64,000 nucleotides of DNA from an uncultured delta proteobacterium (GCA_963816145.1 CAWFJP010000014.1:416001-480000); one strand, 5' to 3'. Positions 9,955 to 20,130 are shown, counted from the first letter of the stretch. The notes: generated by a model from the letters alone, not told the origin. Program-made: numbers and translations.

Positions 9955-10166
9955 ATGAAAATCATCCTTTCGGCTTTGCTTGATTTTGTTTTTTCACTTC
10001 TCAGCGTACGCGGCAGAGAAGATCCGCATCGCGATTCCCGAGCCGAACGCCGCCTATATGACATATCCAATAGCGTACAAGAAGGGTTTCGTGACGAACC
10101 AGGGCGTGGCAGTCGAGGTCATTTTGATGAGCGGTAAACTCGCGATGCCGGCGTTAAGCAACGGAG
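9955..10166 (+). pseudogene. Truncated, frameshifted 5' fragment of a paralog of the SBP at 8991
   Basis: AAEKIRIAIPEPNAAYMTYPIAYKKGF...PALSNG aligns with AAEKIRITVPDTNAAYMTFPLAQKRGF...PALNNG and stops abruptly at G|TTAGGG. Confidence 0.85.
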
Positions 10167-10219
10167 TTAGGGCCTGCACCAACACGGGTGTCGAGGCTAT
10201 GTTGAAGATAGGAAAAACC

Positions 10220-10393
10220 ATGAAACGACTCACTCTATTATTTTTCGTAGCGTTGTTGCCCTTCACGGGCTACTCGTCCGCTCAGGAGTCAATCGAGGGA
10301 AAGGGCCAATCAATAAAACGCAAGATCGAAGAAGTGATTTCCGGCTATCTGACCGAACTCAACGGTAAATATAAGTTCGGCAGCCCTGCCTAG
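10220..10393 (+). pseudogene. Truncated exported protein (signal peptide plus ~30 aa)
   Basis: MKRLTLLFFVALLPFTGYSSAQ signal peptide with AGGA RBS; interrupted at G|TTCGGC (10375). Confidence 0.55.
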
Positions 10394-10429
10394 GGTTTGT
10401 TGCAGGTGGGATAGAAAGGAGGGATTTCC

Positions 10430-11405
10430 GTGAACTTCAAGCAAGCCACGTGCGCTGTGATACTCGCTCTTGGAAGCGTCCTTGGCGTTGCCCTCTCCGA
10501 GGCGCAGCAGCCGGGAAAGATGACGCGTGTGGGGTTTCTCGGCACTGGCCCTGCCCCCACGCCCGCCACGCCCTATGGCCCGTTGCGGGAATTCCGGCAG
10601 GGCCTTGACGAACTCGGCTATGTCGACGGCCGGGACGTCGTCATCGAAACGCGCTGGGCAGACGGGCGGATCGACCAGCTCCCCGCCTTGGCTGCCGAAC
10701 TGGTGGGGCTCAAGGTGGACATCATCGTCGGCGTCGGTGCAGTGGTGGCGCGGGCGGCCAAGAGTGCGACGACGACCATTCCCATCGTGATGGCGGTGGT
10801 GATCGACCCCGTTAAATTTAGTCGCGGAGCGGCCCGGTGGCAACCTGACGGGGCTCACCACCTTTGACCCGCAGGAGGCCAGGAAGAAGCTCGAACTCCT
10901 GAAGGAGGTGGTGCCTGGGCTGGCGCGTGTGGCGCTCCTCGGGGATCAAGCGGTGCGGGACGTGAGGGGGCATGCAGAGCAGGCACGTGCATTGGGTCTG
11001 CAGCCGCAGAGTCTCACGATTGCTGGGGCTAGCCCGGATCTGGAGGCAGTCTTCCAGGCCATTAGGAGAGAGCACGCCGACGCGCTCCTGGTCCTGGACC
11101 TGCCCGCGACGGCAACCCATCGCAAACGGATTGCCGAGCTGGCGGCGCAGCAGCGGTTGCCCACCTTGTTTTGGGGCGGCTCGTCGGACGCAGGGGGGCT
11201 GCTCGGCTATGGCACCAGGGTCACCGAGGCGGCGCGGCGCCTGGCGGCCTATGTGGACCGGATTGTCAAAGGGGCGCAGCCCGCCGACCTGCCTTTCGAG
11301 GTCGTCGTGCGCCCCGAGCTCATCGTCAACCTCAAGACGGCGCAGGAGATTGGCGTCACGATCCCGCCAGAGGTGCTCAAGCGGGCAGACCGGGTCATAC
11401 AATGA
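10430..11405 (+). pseudogene. ABC substrate-binding protein (ABC_sub_bind/PF04392-like), frameshifted near 10815
   Basis: LAAELVGLKVDIIV, TTTIPIVM...DPV in one frame; RPGGNLTG...KGAQPADLP...NLKTA..IGVTIP..ADRVI in another. Confidence 0.85.
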
Positions 11406-11445
11406 GGGGCTCAGCTACCAGCTCGACAATAGGCGCGACCGAGCT

Positions 11446-11532
11446 GCCGAACAACCGCCTGCAGCCGACGCCTTCAGCGTCCGCTGTGCGTCGCTGCGGC
11501 TTCCGGGCAGCGGCTGAGGCGCAGCGTTGGCC
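11446..11532 (+). other. attC recombination site (87 bp)
   Basis: R'' GCCGAAC, L'' CCTGCAGCCG, L' CGGCTGAGG (one extra-helical base), R' GTTGGCC. Confidence 0.88.
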
Positions 11533-11584
11533 CTCTCAAGCACCGTCCACCTAAGGCGCGTCCCTTTGGAAAGGAGATCAGGCC

Positions 11585-12565
11585 ATGAATTCCCGCACGG
11601 TACGTGTCGTCTCGCACCTGATTTGTCTGCTTTTCACTGGATTAACGCTGTTTATCAGCCACGCGTTTGCCCAGATCTACAACATTAAGGAAATGAACAC
11701 GGAACAGATCAAGGCGCTCGATCGGGAGAAGACGGTCGTGCTTCTCCCCGTCGGTATCCTCGAAGAGCACGGCCCGTATCTGCCGTCGTTTTCGGACGGC
11801 TATTCAGCCGAGCGACGTACCGTAGACCTTGCCAATGCGATTGTAGAAAGGCCAGGGTGGAAAGTGCTGATTTTTCCTCTCATTCCTTTGGGTAGTGTCG
11901 GAGCCAATATCCTTGGCCAGAAATACGTTTTCCCCGGCTCTTACACCGTCCGTCCTTCAACGCTACGGGCTATCTTTATGGACCTGGCAACGGAGCTAGG
12001 CGAGCAGGGCTTTCGCTGGATCTTTGTGGTGCAGTCGCACGGCGGCTTGGATCACAATCGGGTTCTCAATCAGGCCGGCGACTACTTTCACGGCAGTTAC
12101 GGCGGGCACATGATTAATCTGCGGGCGCTCCTTGGACCCGAACTCCGGCCAAACACGCGCAGCGAAGAAGAACAACGAGACGATCATGCCGGGGTAGGTG
12201 AGACCAGCACCATTCTTTTCCTGCGGCCTGATTTGGTTAATCCGTCTTACAAGAATGCGGAGCCACTCCCGGCACGCGATCGGAAGCATCGCGTCGAGAT
12301 CGCAAAAGCGAGTAACTGGCCTGGTTACTGGGGTTCGCCCGGGTTTGCGAGCGCAGCCTCCGGGGCTAAGCAGTGGAAAGTCAGTTCCTCAAGTTGGGTC
12401 GAGCTTGCTCTCAAGATTTTGGATGGCTTTGATTACCGGCAGATGAAACGCCTCGGCGATGAGATTCGTGTGGATGAAGCTAGCGTCGAGAGAAACTTCC
12501 GGCAGCACAATCAGGAAATCGAAGCAAAGCAGCGGGAATGGTTGCAGCAAAAAGGGCTGGAATAG
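11585..12565 (+). CDS. Creatininase/amidohydrolase family protein with signal peptide
   Basis: LPVGILEEHGPYLP..SD, QSHGG, DHAGVGETS. Confidence 0.85.
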   Translation: MNSRTVRVVSHLICLLFTGLTLFISHAFAQIYNIKEMNTEQIKALDREKTVVLLPVGILEEHGPYLPSFSDGYSAERRTVDLANAIVERPGWKVLIFPLIPLGSVGANILGQKYVFPGSYTVRPSTLRAIFMDLATELGEQGFRWIFVVQSHGGLDHNRVLNQAGDYFHGSYGGHMINLRALLGPELRPNTRSEEEQRDDHAGVGETSTILFLRPDLVNPSYKNAEPLPARDRKHRVEIAKASNWPGYWGSPGFASAASGAKQWKVSSSSWVELALKILDGFDYRQMKRLGDEIRVDEASVERNFRQHNQEIEAKQREWLQQKGLE

Positions 12566-12773
12566 CCCGGCGGCAGCCGATGAAGCTATGAGCGATCTGT
12601 ATGTCGTGTATTTCTTGGAGACAAACCCTGGTATCAGGGCCACGAGCCACGTAGCGGATCTCTCGATCCTCAGACAGGCGCCTCGGTGATAAGATTCCTC
12701 CTCCGGCTGAACCCACTGTTGACGGGAAAACCTTTACACAGCAGAATCAGAAAATCGAAAGGAAACAGCAGGG

Positions 12774-14576
12774 ATGGCTGAAGCAGAAAGGGGTTTTTGG
12801 AGCCAGCGGGGGATTAAGCCATGGTTATTTGAAGCTTTGGCGGAGAACGCAGCGCGAGTTTGCGGCGATAGCGACGCAATTATTTTTCTCAAGAGAAATG
12901 GCGCGCTTCGACATGTCGCGCATTATGGCGCGATACCGACAGCTTCGAAAAAAGGAGAATCTGGCCCGCCGATCGATGACCGCCGCTCCGTGCCTGGCCG
13001 TGCGTTCGTCGATGGGCAAACCGTTCATGTACATGACGTTCAGGCAGGGGACGAGTTTCCGCTCACCAAGGCCGAAGGGCTCGCCTACGGGGTGCGCACG
13101 TCATTGGCCATGCCGTTGTTGCATGAAGGGGTCCCCATGGGCGTGATTCTGATGCGCCGAACGGAAGTACTCCCGTTTTCCGATAAAGAGATAGCTCAGG
13201 TCAAGATTTTCGTTGACCAAGCGGCGAGGGCGTTTGAGAATGGCCAGCTGTTTCGAGAGATAGATGCAAGAAACCATGACCTTGCTGAGTCCCTTGCCCA
13301 GCAAACCGCCACGAGCGAAATTTTGCGCGTGATTGCCAGCTCGCCCACCGACCTTCAGCCTGTTCTTAATGCGGTGGCCGAGAACGCCGCTCGAATATGC
13401 GAGGCGAACGACGCCTTGATTTATCGTTATGACGGTCATCGGATCAGAGGCGTGGCCGACTACGGACCTCTGCCTGGAGACATCGGCAGGGGACCGCGAG
13501 CTGTCGACAGTCAGTCGATTCCTGGCCGAGCGGTCATCAATGGGCAGACGATTCACGTCCATGATTTGTATGCGGTTCCAGAGAGTGAGTTGCGGGCGGG
13601 CTTCTTGAGAAAACATAATACGCGAACGGTTCTTGCGACACCGCTACTATGCCAGGGCAATCCCATCGGAGTGATCATGATCCGCCGAATGGAAGTCCGA
13701 CCGTTTTCGGACCGGCAAATCGCGCTTCTCGAAACCTTTGCCGATCAGGCTGTGATCGCGATCGAAAATGTTCGCCTCTTCCAAGAGATTCAGAACAAAA
13801 ACCGCCAGCTCGAAGTCGCCAATGAGCGGCTGCAGGAGCTGGACCGATTGAAATCGGACTTTGTTGCCAACGTTTCCCACGAGCTGAGAACGCCGCTCAC
13901 CGCGATTAAAGGCGCCATCGATTTGCTGCTCCGCGAAGTGGCCGGACCGCTCAACGAAAAACAAACACATTACCTCGCACGTGTGCGTTCGAACACGCAT
14001 CGTCTCGCCGGGCTGATCAATGATGTTCTGGATCTCTCGAGGATCGAGGAAGGAAAGATCGAGCTGCAAGCCGAGCGGGTGTCACTTGCGGGTCTTGTGC
14101 ACGAAGTTGTCGAGACCTTGAAGCCGCTCGCAACCGAAAGAGAAATTGTGCTTCAGGCGACGATTCCGGAAAGCTCATTGCTCGTGTGGGCAGACCGCGA
14201 CAAGATTACACAGATTTTGACCAATCTGATCGGCAATGCGGTGAAGTTTATCTCAACGGGCGGACGAGTGGCTGTCTCGGCGATAATTGATGGCGAATGG
14301 GTTCGAGTGTCGGTTGCTGACAACGGACCGGGCATTCCCCTGGACGAAAAAGACCGGATCTTCGATAAGTTTTATCAGATTGCCGATGTCGGGGGAGCAA
14401 AGCCGAAGGGCACCGGCCTCGGGCTTGCCATTTCCAAAGCGTTGGTAGAATTGCACGGCGGAAAGATTTGGCTTGAATCGGAGCGGAACCGCGGCAGCAT
14501 TTTTCATTTCACCTTGCCGGTATCCGGGTCGAGGCAGGCCGATTCCCGCGTAAACATTAGTAGCAATCTCGACTAA
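12774..14576 (+). CDS. GAF-GAF sensor histidine kinase
   Basis: Two GAF repeats, SHELRTPL H-box, NLIGNAVKF, DNGPGI, GTGLGL. Confidence 0.93.
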   Translation: MAEAERGFWSQRGIKPWLFEALAENAARVCGDSDAIIFLKRNGALRHVAHYGAIPTASKKGESGPPIDDRRSVPGRAFVDGQTVHVHDVQAGDEFPLTKAEGLAYGVRTSLAMPLLHEGVPMGVILMRRTEVLPFSDKEIAQVKIFVDQAARAFENGQLFREIDARNHDLAESLAQQTATSEILRVIASSPTDLQPVLNAVAENAARICEANDALIYRYDGHRIRGVADYGPLPGDIGRGPRAVDSQSIPGRAVINGQTIHVHDLYAVPESELRAGFLRKHNTRTVLATPLLCQGNPIGVIMIRRMEVRPFSDRQIALLETFADQAVIAIENVRLFQEIQNKNRQLEVANERLQELDRLKSDFVANVSHELRTPLTAIKGAIDLLLREVAGPLNEKQTHYLARVRSNTHRLAGLINDVLDLSRIEEGKIELQAERVSLAGLVHEVVETLKPLATEREIVLQATIPESSLLVWADRDKITQILTNLIGNAVKFISTGGRVAVSAIIDGEWVRVSVADNGPGIPLDEKDRIFDKFYQIADVGGAKPKGTGLGLAISKALVELHGGKIWLESERNRGSIFHFTLPVSGSRQADSRVNISSNLD

Positions 14577-14582
14577 GCTACG

Positions 14583-15936
14583 ATGAAACCTCTCCACGGA
14601 ACCATACTCATCGCCGATGACGACGGCGATATTCGCGACATCCTGAAGGATACGCTCACCAGCCTCGGCGCCAGGATCATTACCGCAAGCCATGGCCAGG
14701 AATGTTTGGATCGCGTGGAAGCCGCCGCGCCGGATTTAATCCTGCTTGATATCGAAATGCCGATTAAGAACGGCCTCGAGGTGCTCAAGGAACTTCGGCA
14801 GCGCGAAAGCGAAACCACCGTCATCATGATCACCGCCTACGGCACGATCGAACGGGCGGTGCAGGCGATGAAACAGGGCGCTTACGATTTCATCACCAAG
14901 CCCTTCGATCTGGATCATGTCGCGCTCACCGTGGAAAAGGCTTTGGAGCGTGAGCGGCTCAGGAGAGGCTTGGAAAGTTTTGCCAAAGAAGCGGGACAAC
15001 GCTATCGGCTGATCGGCGGCGAAAGCCCGAAGATGCGTGAAGCGATCGAAACCGCGCGCAAAGCGGCCGCCAGCAAATCAACAGTCTTGCTTTTGGGAGA
15101 AAGCGGGACGGGCAAGGAAGTTTTTGCCCGGGCAATTCACAACTGGAGTGACAGAAAACACGAGCCGTTCATCGCCATTAATTGCGTCGGTCTGTCGAAA
15201 GATCTACTTGAGAGCGAGCTCTTCGGACACGAAAGAGGAGCGTTTACCGGAGCGAGCCAGCTCAAGAAAGGCAAGCTGGAACTGGCGCACGGCGGCACCG
15301 TGTTTCTCGACGAAGTCGGTGATATCTCGGCCGAGCTGCAAACCAAGTTATTACGATTTCTCCAGGAGCGGGAGTTCGAGCGCGTCGGCGGGACGCAGCC
15401 GATTCGCGTCGATGTTCGTGTCGTCGCCGCGACCAACCGTGACTTGTCGAGCGCAATCAAAGAGGGACGCTTTCGCGAAGATCTTTTCTACCGTCTCAAC
15501 GTGATTCCAATCACGCTTCCGCCGCTGCGTGAACGAAGAGAAGACATTCTGGTTCTGGCCAAATATTTTCTCAGCCGCTTTGCTGCGGAAACCAAAAGAC
15601 AAGTGACAGAAATCGCGCGCGAGGCTGAGGAAAAACTACTGGTGTATGATTGGCCAGGCAACGTTCGCGAATTGGCGAATGTGATCGAGCGCGCGGTTGT
15701 GCTCGGCCAAGGCGCGGATATCGTGCTCAGCGATTTACCGGGGCAAAACGCGGCCAAAGGCGCTGGACTGCCCATCGGATGATCTGTCCTATCGTCATGC
15801 CCTGGAAGCCGCCAAACGCGCGTGTGTCGTCAAAGCTTTGGCCCATACCAACGGCAATCGTGCCGCTGCTGCGAGAGTTCTCGGCCTGCACAAGACTCAT
15901 CTGCTCGATTTAATCAAAACTCTTGGGATTGAGTAA
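14583..15936 (+). CDS. Sigma-54-dependent NtrC-family response regulator; Fis HTH separated by a frameshift near 15770
   Basis: REC domain, [22 protein letters not shown]; the HTH ([18 protein letters not shown]) lies in the 15697-15936 frame. Confidence 0.9.
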
Positions 15937-15941
15937 GATTG

Positions 15942-16102
15942 CGTTCCAATAGTTCCAGCTGTTCGAAAGGTTCCAACCATAAAATCCGAACTGGAAAGCG
16001 GGTCCGGTTCAGGCGAGGCCCAGTTGGCGTCGCCAGTGATGGATTGGGAAATGATTGAACGAGACGATTGGAACGGCTGGAACAATTGGAACGTTTGGAA
16101 CC
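15942..16102. repeat. Complete GTTCCAA-type inverted element
   Basis: CGTTCCAATAGTTCCAGCTGTTCGAAAGGTTCCAA...TTGGAACGGCTGGAACAATTGGAACGTTTGGAACC. Confidence 0.85.
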
Positions 16103-16142
16103 GTCCAATTGCTCCAGCCGTTTTCGCTGACGCTTCTGTCAA

Positions 16143-16986
16143 CTACTTCTTAACCGGCTCGGGGACGCCGGGCAATTTGGTTTTTTCGTTGTAATACTCT
16201 TGCGAAAATTCCGGTTTGCGCCGTTCGGAGAAGGCGGCTGAGCCTTCGTCGTAGTCCTTGCTGTTGCGCAGGTGGGCGTAGAATTCCCGATGCACTTCGA
16301 AACCCTTTTCCCACCCCTGTAATTCGTAGAGAAACTTGTCTTCGATGAACTCGATGGAGTGCTGCGCAATCAGCCGGCCGTTGCGGTTGATGGTAGTCGC
16401 TAGCTCGACGCAGTCGTCGATCGAGCTTGTCCGGCTCGCAGATCTTCTGCACCAGTCCGAGACGGAACGCGGTGTCGGCGTCGATCATTTGGCCGGTAAG
16501 AGCGAACCAGTAGGCCCAGCCGCTGGGCAGCTGGCCGACATAACTCGGCCAGGCAGCCAAATGGGACCAGCGCACTTCCGAGCAGCCGAATTTCGATGCC
16601 GGCACGCAGTAGCGGATATGGCAGGACAGCGCCAAGCTGAAACCGCCGCCGACCGCGTAGCCATTGATCGCGGCGATGATCGGTTTGTGCATTTGCAACG
16701 GGCGCAGGCTCGAATAGCCGCGCGGGCCGGAGCGCGGTCCGGTCATTTCACCTCTGGCGAAGGCGATGTTTTCTTTTAGATCGCCGCCGACGCAAAACGC
16801 GTCCGCGCTGCCGGTTAAAATAATCGACCAGACATCGTCGTCGGCTTTGGCTTTTTGCCAGGCCGCATCGAGCGCCCAATAAAGGTCGCGGCTGATGGCA
16901 TTTTTTTTCTCCGGGCGATTGAGCTTGATGATCGCAATATGGGGATCGCGCTTCTCGTAAATACAAAGGGGTCCTGGTTCGGCCAT
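16143..16986 (-). CDS. Enoyl-CoA hydratase/isomerase (crotonase) family, with a 1-bp frameshift near 16422
   Basis: LNRPEKKNA, AFCVGGDL, KPIIAAINGYAVGGG; removing one base restores the C-terminus ..DYDEGSAAFSERRKPEF.. Confidence 0.85.
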
Positions 16987-17002
16987 GTGTTCCTCCTGTT
17001 AG

Positions 17003-17096
17003 AAATGGATAACGGATAATTGAAAATGGAAAATTTCGGACCGGTTTCGAGCAATTTCGGCTTTCATTGTCAATTTTCAATTATCCATTATCAATT
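17003..17096. repeat. 7-bp-periodic inverted-arm element (AATGGAT/AATTGAA type)
   Basis: AATGGATAACGGATAATTGAAAATGGAAAAT...TTTCATTGTCAATTTTCAATTATCCATTATCAATT. Confidence 0.8.
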
Positions 17097-17097
17097 G

Positions 17098-18306
17098 TTA
17101 ATAAAGCACCTTCTCTTCGTCCAATTTCTTGATCTCGTCGTCGCTGAGACCGAGTAGGTTGCGGGCGATCTCGTGGGTGTGCTCGCCCATGAGCGGCGCA
17201 ACACCGCGGACTTTGCCCGGTGTGAGCGACATACGCATGGGCACGTTCTCGGTGACGACATCGCCGGCTTCGGGCTCGGTGAGGTTGACGAGAAAGCCCG
17301 TGGCGGCGTACTGTTTGTCGTTCTTGAACTGATCTTCGACGTCTTGCACGACGGCGGCGCAGACATCGACGCTTTGGACCAGCTCCATCACTTCATAAGG
17401 ATCATGCTGCAGGGTCCAGCTGGTCACCCACTTGTCGAGTTCGTCTTTGTGACGCACGCGCTGCCAATGGGTGGCGAAATTGGCGCTGCGCTTGAGCCCC
17501 GAATTTTCCAACAGACCGGCGAGGCGTTCCCATTCGTCCTGCGTGTAGGCGGCGATCACACACCAGCGGTCGTTGCCTTTGCATTGATACGGGCCGTAGG
17601 GCGAGGCGACCAGACTGCGGTTGCCTTCGGGCTGAGGTTCGCGCTTGTTGACGGTGTATTCCAAATACCTTGGGCCGAGCAGGGCGGCGCCGATCTCTTG
17701 CTGGGCGTTGTCGATCCATTGGCCGCGGCCGGTTTTTTTCCGTTCAATCAACGCTAGGACAACGCCGAAAGCGCCCGTGACCCCGCCCATGAAATCGGGG
17801 TGCTGTGTGCGCGGCTCGGCGGTGGCCGTGGTCGCGCCCGGGTAATTCCACAAATAGGTCGTCGCCATGGTGTTGCCGACGTTGGGGCCATAGGTGAGAT
17901 CGGCGGCGTGGGGCCCGGAGCAACCCATGCCTTTGACGCGGATCAAGATCATCCGCGGGTTGATCATCTGCAAGTCGGGCCAATCGAGGCCCCACTTCTC
18001 CAAGATGCCCAGGCCGAAGTTTTCCACTAGCACGTCGGACTTTTTCACCAGCTCTTTGACCAGCTCGCGCCCCTTCGGCGTCGACATGTTGACGGTGAAG
18101 GACTTTTTACCCCGTTGCAATTTCATGAAGTCGGGCTTCTTGTTCCACAGCTTGGGGTCTTCGCCGCGATGGCCGTCGCCGCGCAGACGGGTCTCGCAAC
18201 GGATCACTTCCGCGCCGAACTCGCAGAGCACGCGGGCGACGGTGGGACCGGCGGCGCCGGTGGTCAGTTCGATGACGCGAATGCCTTCAAGGGGCAGCTT
18301 TGACAT
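17098..18306 (-). CDS. Family III (CaiB/BaiF) CoA-transferase with catalytic Asp
   Basis: PLEGIRVIEL, DVLVENF, HPDFMGG, APLMGEHT. Confidence 0.92.
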   Translation of the reverse strand: MSKLPLEGIRVIELTTGAAGPTVARVLCEFGAEVIRCETRLRGDGHRGEDPKLWNKKPDFMKLQRGKKSFTVNMSTPKGRELVKELVKKSDVLVENFGLGILEKWGLDWPDLQMINPRMILIRVKGMGCSGPHAADLTYGPNVGNTMATTYLWNYPGATTATAEPRTQHPDFMGGVTGAFGVVLALIERKKTGRGQWIDNAQQEIGAALLGPRYLEYTVNKREPQPEGNRSLVASPYGPYQCKGNDRWCVIAAYTQDEWERLAGLLENSGLKRSANFATHWQRVRHKDELDKWVTSWTLQHDPYEVMELVQSVDVCAAVVQDVEDQFKNDKQYAATGFLVNLTEPEAGDVVTENVPMRMSLTPGKVRGVAPLMGEHTHEIARNLLGLSDDEIKKLDEEKVLY

Positions 18307-18319
18307 TGCAAAATTCCTT

Positions 18320-18774
18320 TCACCACGAAGACGCGAAGGGCACGAAGGTCAGATTTAGGATAATAGAAAACGCTTAATGCCTTTCTTCAAAACCGGTACA
18401 TTGAAATTCATCAACAGCCCTACGTTAACCTTCGCTAGTTTCATATACGTTAAGATCTGCGCTTCGTGGATCTTTAGTAATTGCTCGATGCTCTTCAGTT
18501 CCACGATCAGTCGCTGATCAACCAACAAATCAATTCGATAACCACAATCTAGCCTTGTCCCTTTGTAGCTTACTGGTAAGTCAACCTGAACTTGGAACGG
18601 AATTCCCGCTCGACTGAGTTCTGCAGCGAGGCATTGTTCATATGCGGATTCGAGCAATCCGGGGCCGAGCTCACGATGCACTTCGATGGCACAGCCGATG
18701 ACTCTGTTAGATAACGGGTCAAAATCCACTTCCCACTTTAGCTTCTCTTCGTGTCCTTCGTGTCTTCGTGGTGA
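18320..18774. mobile_element. Putative GxxExxY-carrying element bounded by 28-bp inverted arms
   Basis: TCACCACGAAGACGCGAAGGGCACGAAG (18320-18347) versus the reverse complement of 18747-18774: 26/28 match; the interior is visibly more AT-rich than its neighbours. Confidence 0.7.
18355..18729 (-). CDS. GxxExxY protein (PD-(D/E)XK nuclease-like)
   Basis: GLLESAY motif, RIDLLV....[20 protein letters not shown]. Confidence 0.93.
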   Translation of the reverse strand: MDFDPLSNRVIGCAIEVHRELGPGLLESAYEQCLAAELSRAGIPFQVQVDLPVSYKGTRLDCGYRIDLLVDQRLIVELKSIEQLLKIHEAQILTYMKLAKVNVGLLMNFNVPVLKKGIKRFLLS

Positions 18775-18790
18775 GTTCCCATGATCGAAT

Positions 18791-19996
18791 TCAGATCACG
18801 CCCTCGGCCTGTAGAGCGACGAGGTCGTCGCTATTCATGCCGAGGTCGCCCACGTAGATTTCCTGGTTGTGTTCGCCCAACAGCGGCGCGGGGCGGTAGA
18901 TGTTACCGGGGGTTTCCATCAGCCGCGGCACGGGGCCGAATTGTTTATATTTGCCGACCACCGGATGGTCCATGTCGACGAATAGGCCGCGCGCTTTGGT
19001 TTGCTCCATCTCAACGAACTCCCCTGCAGTGTTGATCGGCGTTACGGCGATGCGGCGTTTCTGGCCTTCTTCGTATAGTTCCTCTTTGGTGTGCTTCGCG
19101 CAGAACTCGGCGACGGCGCCGACGACGATTTCGGGATGTTTGCGCCGGTAGGCCATCTTTTCGAACTCCGGTCCGGAGATCGACGGCGGACTGCCCATCC
19201 ACTCGACCAAACGGCGCCATTGCTCGACGGGGATGATGAAAATGCGCGCGTAGCCATTCTTGGTCTTGTACGGATCGTAAAGGTCAGTCTCCTCGCCTTT
19301 GCGTGACGCGCGCGCCGGTTTGTCGCCGGTGTAACCGTAGTTGGGAATGAAGTAGCCGGCGATGTGACCGCCGCATTCGTGCATCGACACGTCTATATGC
19401 TGGCCCTTGCCGCTGTCGAGGCGGTGATAAAGCGCCACCGCGATGCCAAAGGCGCCATAGGTCGACGCCATGCCGTAAGCGATTTCTCCCGGCGGCTGTA
19501 GCGGCGGCTCGCCCGGCTCGCCGGCGAGGTAAAGCAGATTGCCGAGCGCTATGCCGGCCATGTCGTTGGCTTTGTAGTCTTTCCATGGACCGTTTTGGCC
19601 GAAGGGCGTGATCGAAGCGACGATCAACGCCGGATTGACCGCGCTCAAATCTTCGTAAGTCAGTCGCAATTCCTTGGCGCGCGATGGCCGAAAGGTTTCG
19701 ATAATCACGTCGGCTTTTTTGCATAGTTCGAGCACGATCGCCCGGCCGTCGGGCTTCTCCACATCAAGCGTGATGCCGCGTTTGTTGGTGTTGAAGTGAA
19801 GAAAATACAGACTTTTTTCCAGGTGCGGCGTGTCGTCTTTGAACGGCGGCACGCGGCGCGATTCGTCGCCCGACGGCGCTTCGATTTTGATTACGTCGGC
19901 GCCCATGTCGGCCAAAAGCTTGGTGCAGTGCAGGCTCAGCGGCCCGCCCAAGTCGAGCACGCGGTAGCCGGTCAACGGTCCTGTCGGTGTTGCCAT
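18791..19996 (-). CDS. Family III CoA-transferase (apparently lacking the catalytic Asp)
   Basis: [40 protein letters not shown]. Confidence 0.92.
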   Translation of the reverse strand: MATPTGPLTGYRVLDLGGPLSLHCTKLLADMGADVIKIEAPSGDESRRVPPFKDDTPHLEKSLYFLHFNTNKRGITLDVEKPDGRAIVLELCKKADVIIETFRPSRAKELRLTYEDLSAVNPALIVASITPFGQNGPWKDYKANDMAGIALGNLLYLAGEPGEPPLQPPGEIAYGMASTYGAFGIAVALYHRLDSGKGQHIDVSMHECGGHIAGYFIPNYGYTGDKPARASRKGEETDLYDPYKTKNGYARIFIIPVEQWRRLVEWMGSPPSISGPEFEKMAYRRKHPEIVVGAVAEFCAKHTKEELYEEGQKRRIAVTPINTAGEFVEMEQTKARGLFVDMDHPVVGKYKQFGPVPRLMETPGNIYRPAPLLGEHNQEIYVGDLGMNSDDLVALQAEGVI

Positions 19997-20130
19997 GAAA
20001 TTCCTCAGAGCGAAATGAAATTCGATTCGTCGCGATTCTTACTTGGATGAAACTGGGGTGTCAAGGCGGTCGGGACGCAGTTTCGAATTTTAATCACTAT
20101 TGTCGGAAACGAGTTAGGAAAAATACGGAT

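Larger units (their letters stand above)
10376..11532 (+). mobile_element. Solo integron gene cassette
   Basis: Begins at G|TTCGGC, the exact reverse complement of the R'' box GCCGAAC of the attC that ends it; carries one gene. Confidence 0.8.

Noticed and set aside
12566-12773. attC after the creatininase gene
   Set aside because: No GGCCAAC-like R'' box or attC hairpin was found, so cassette status of this gene is unsupported.
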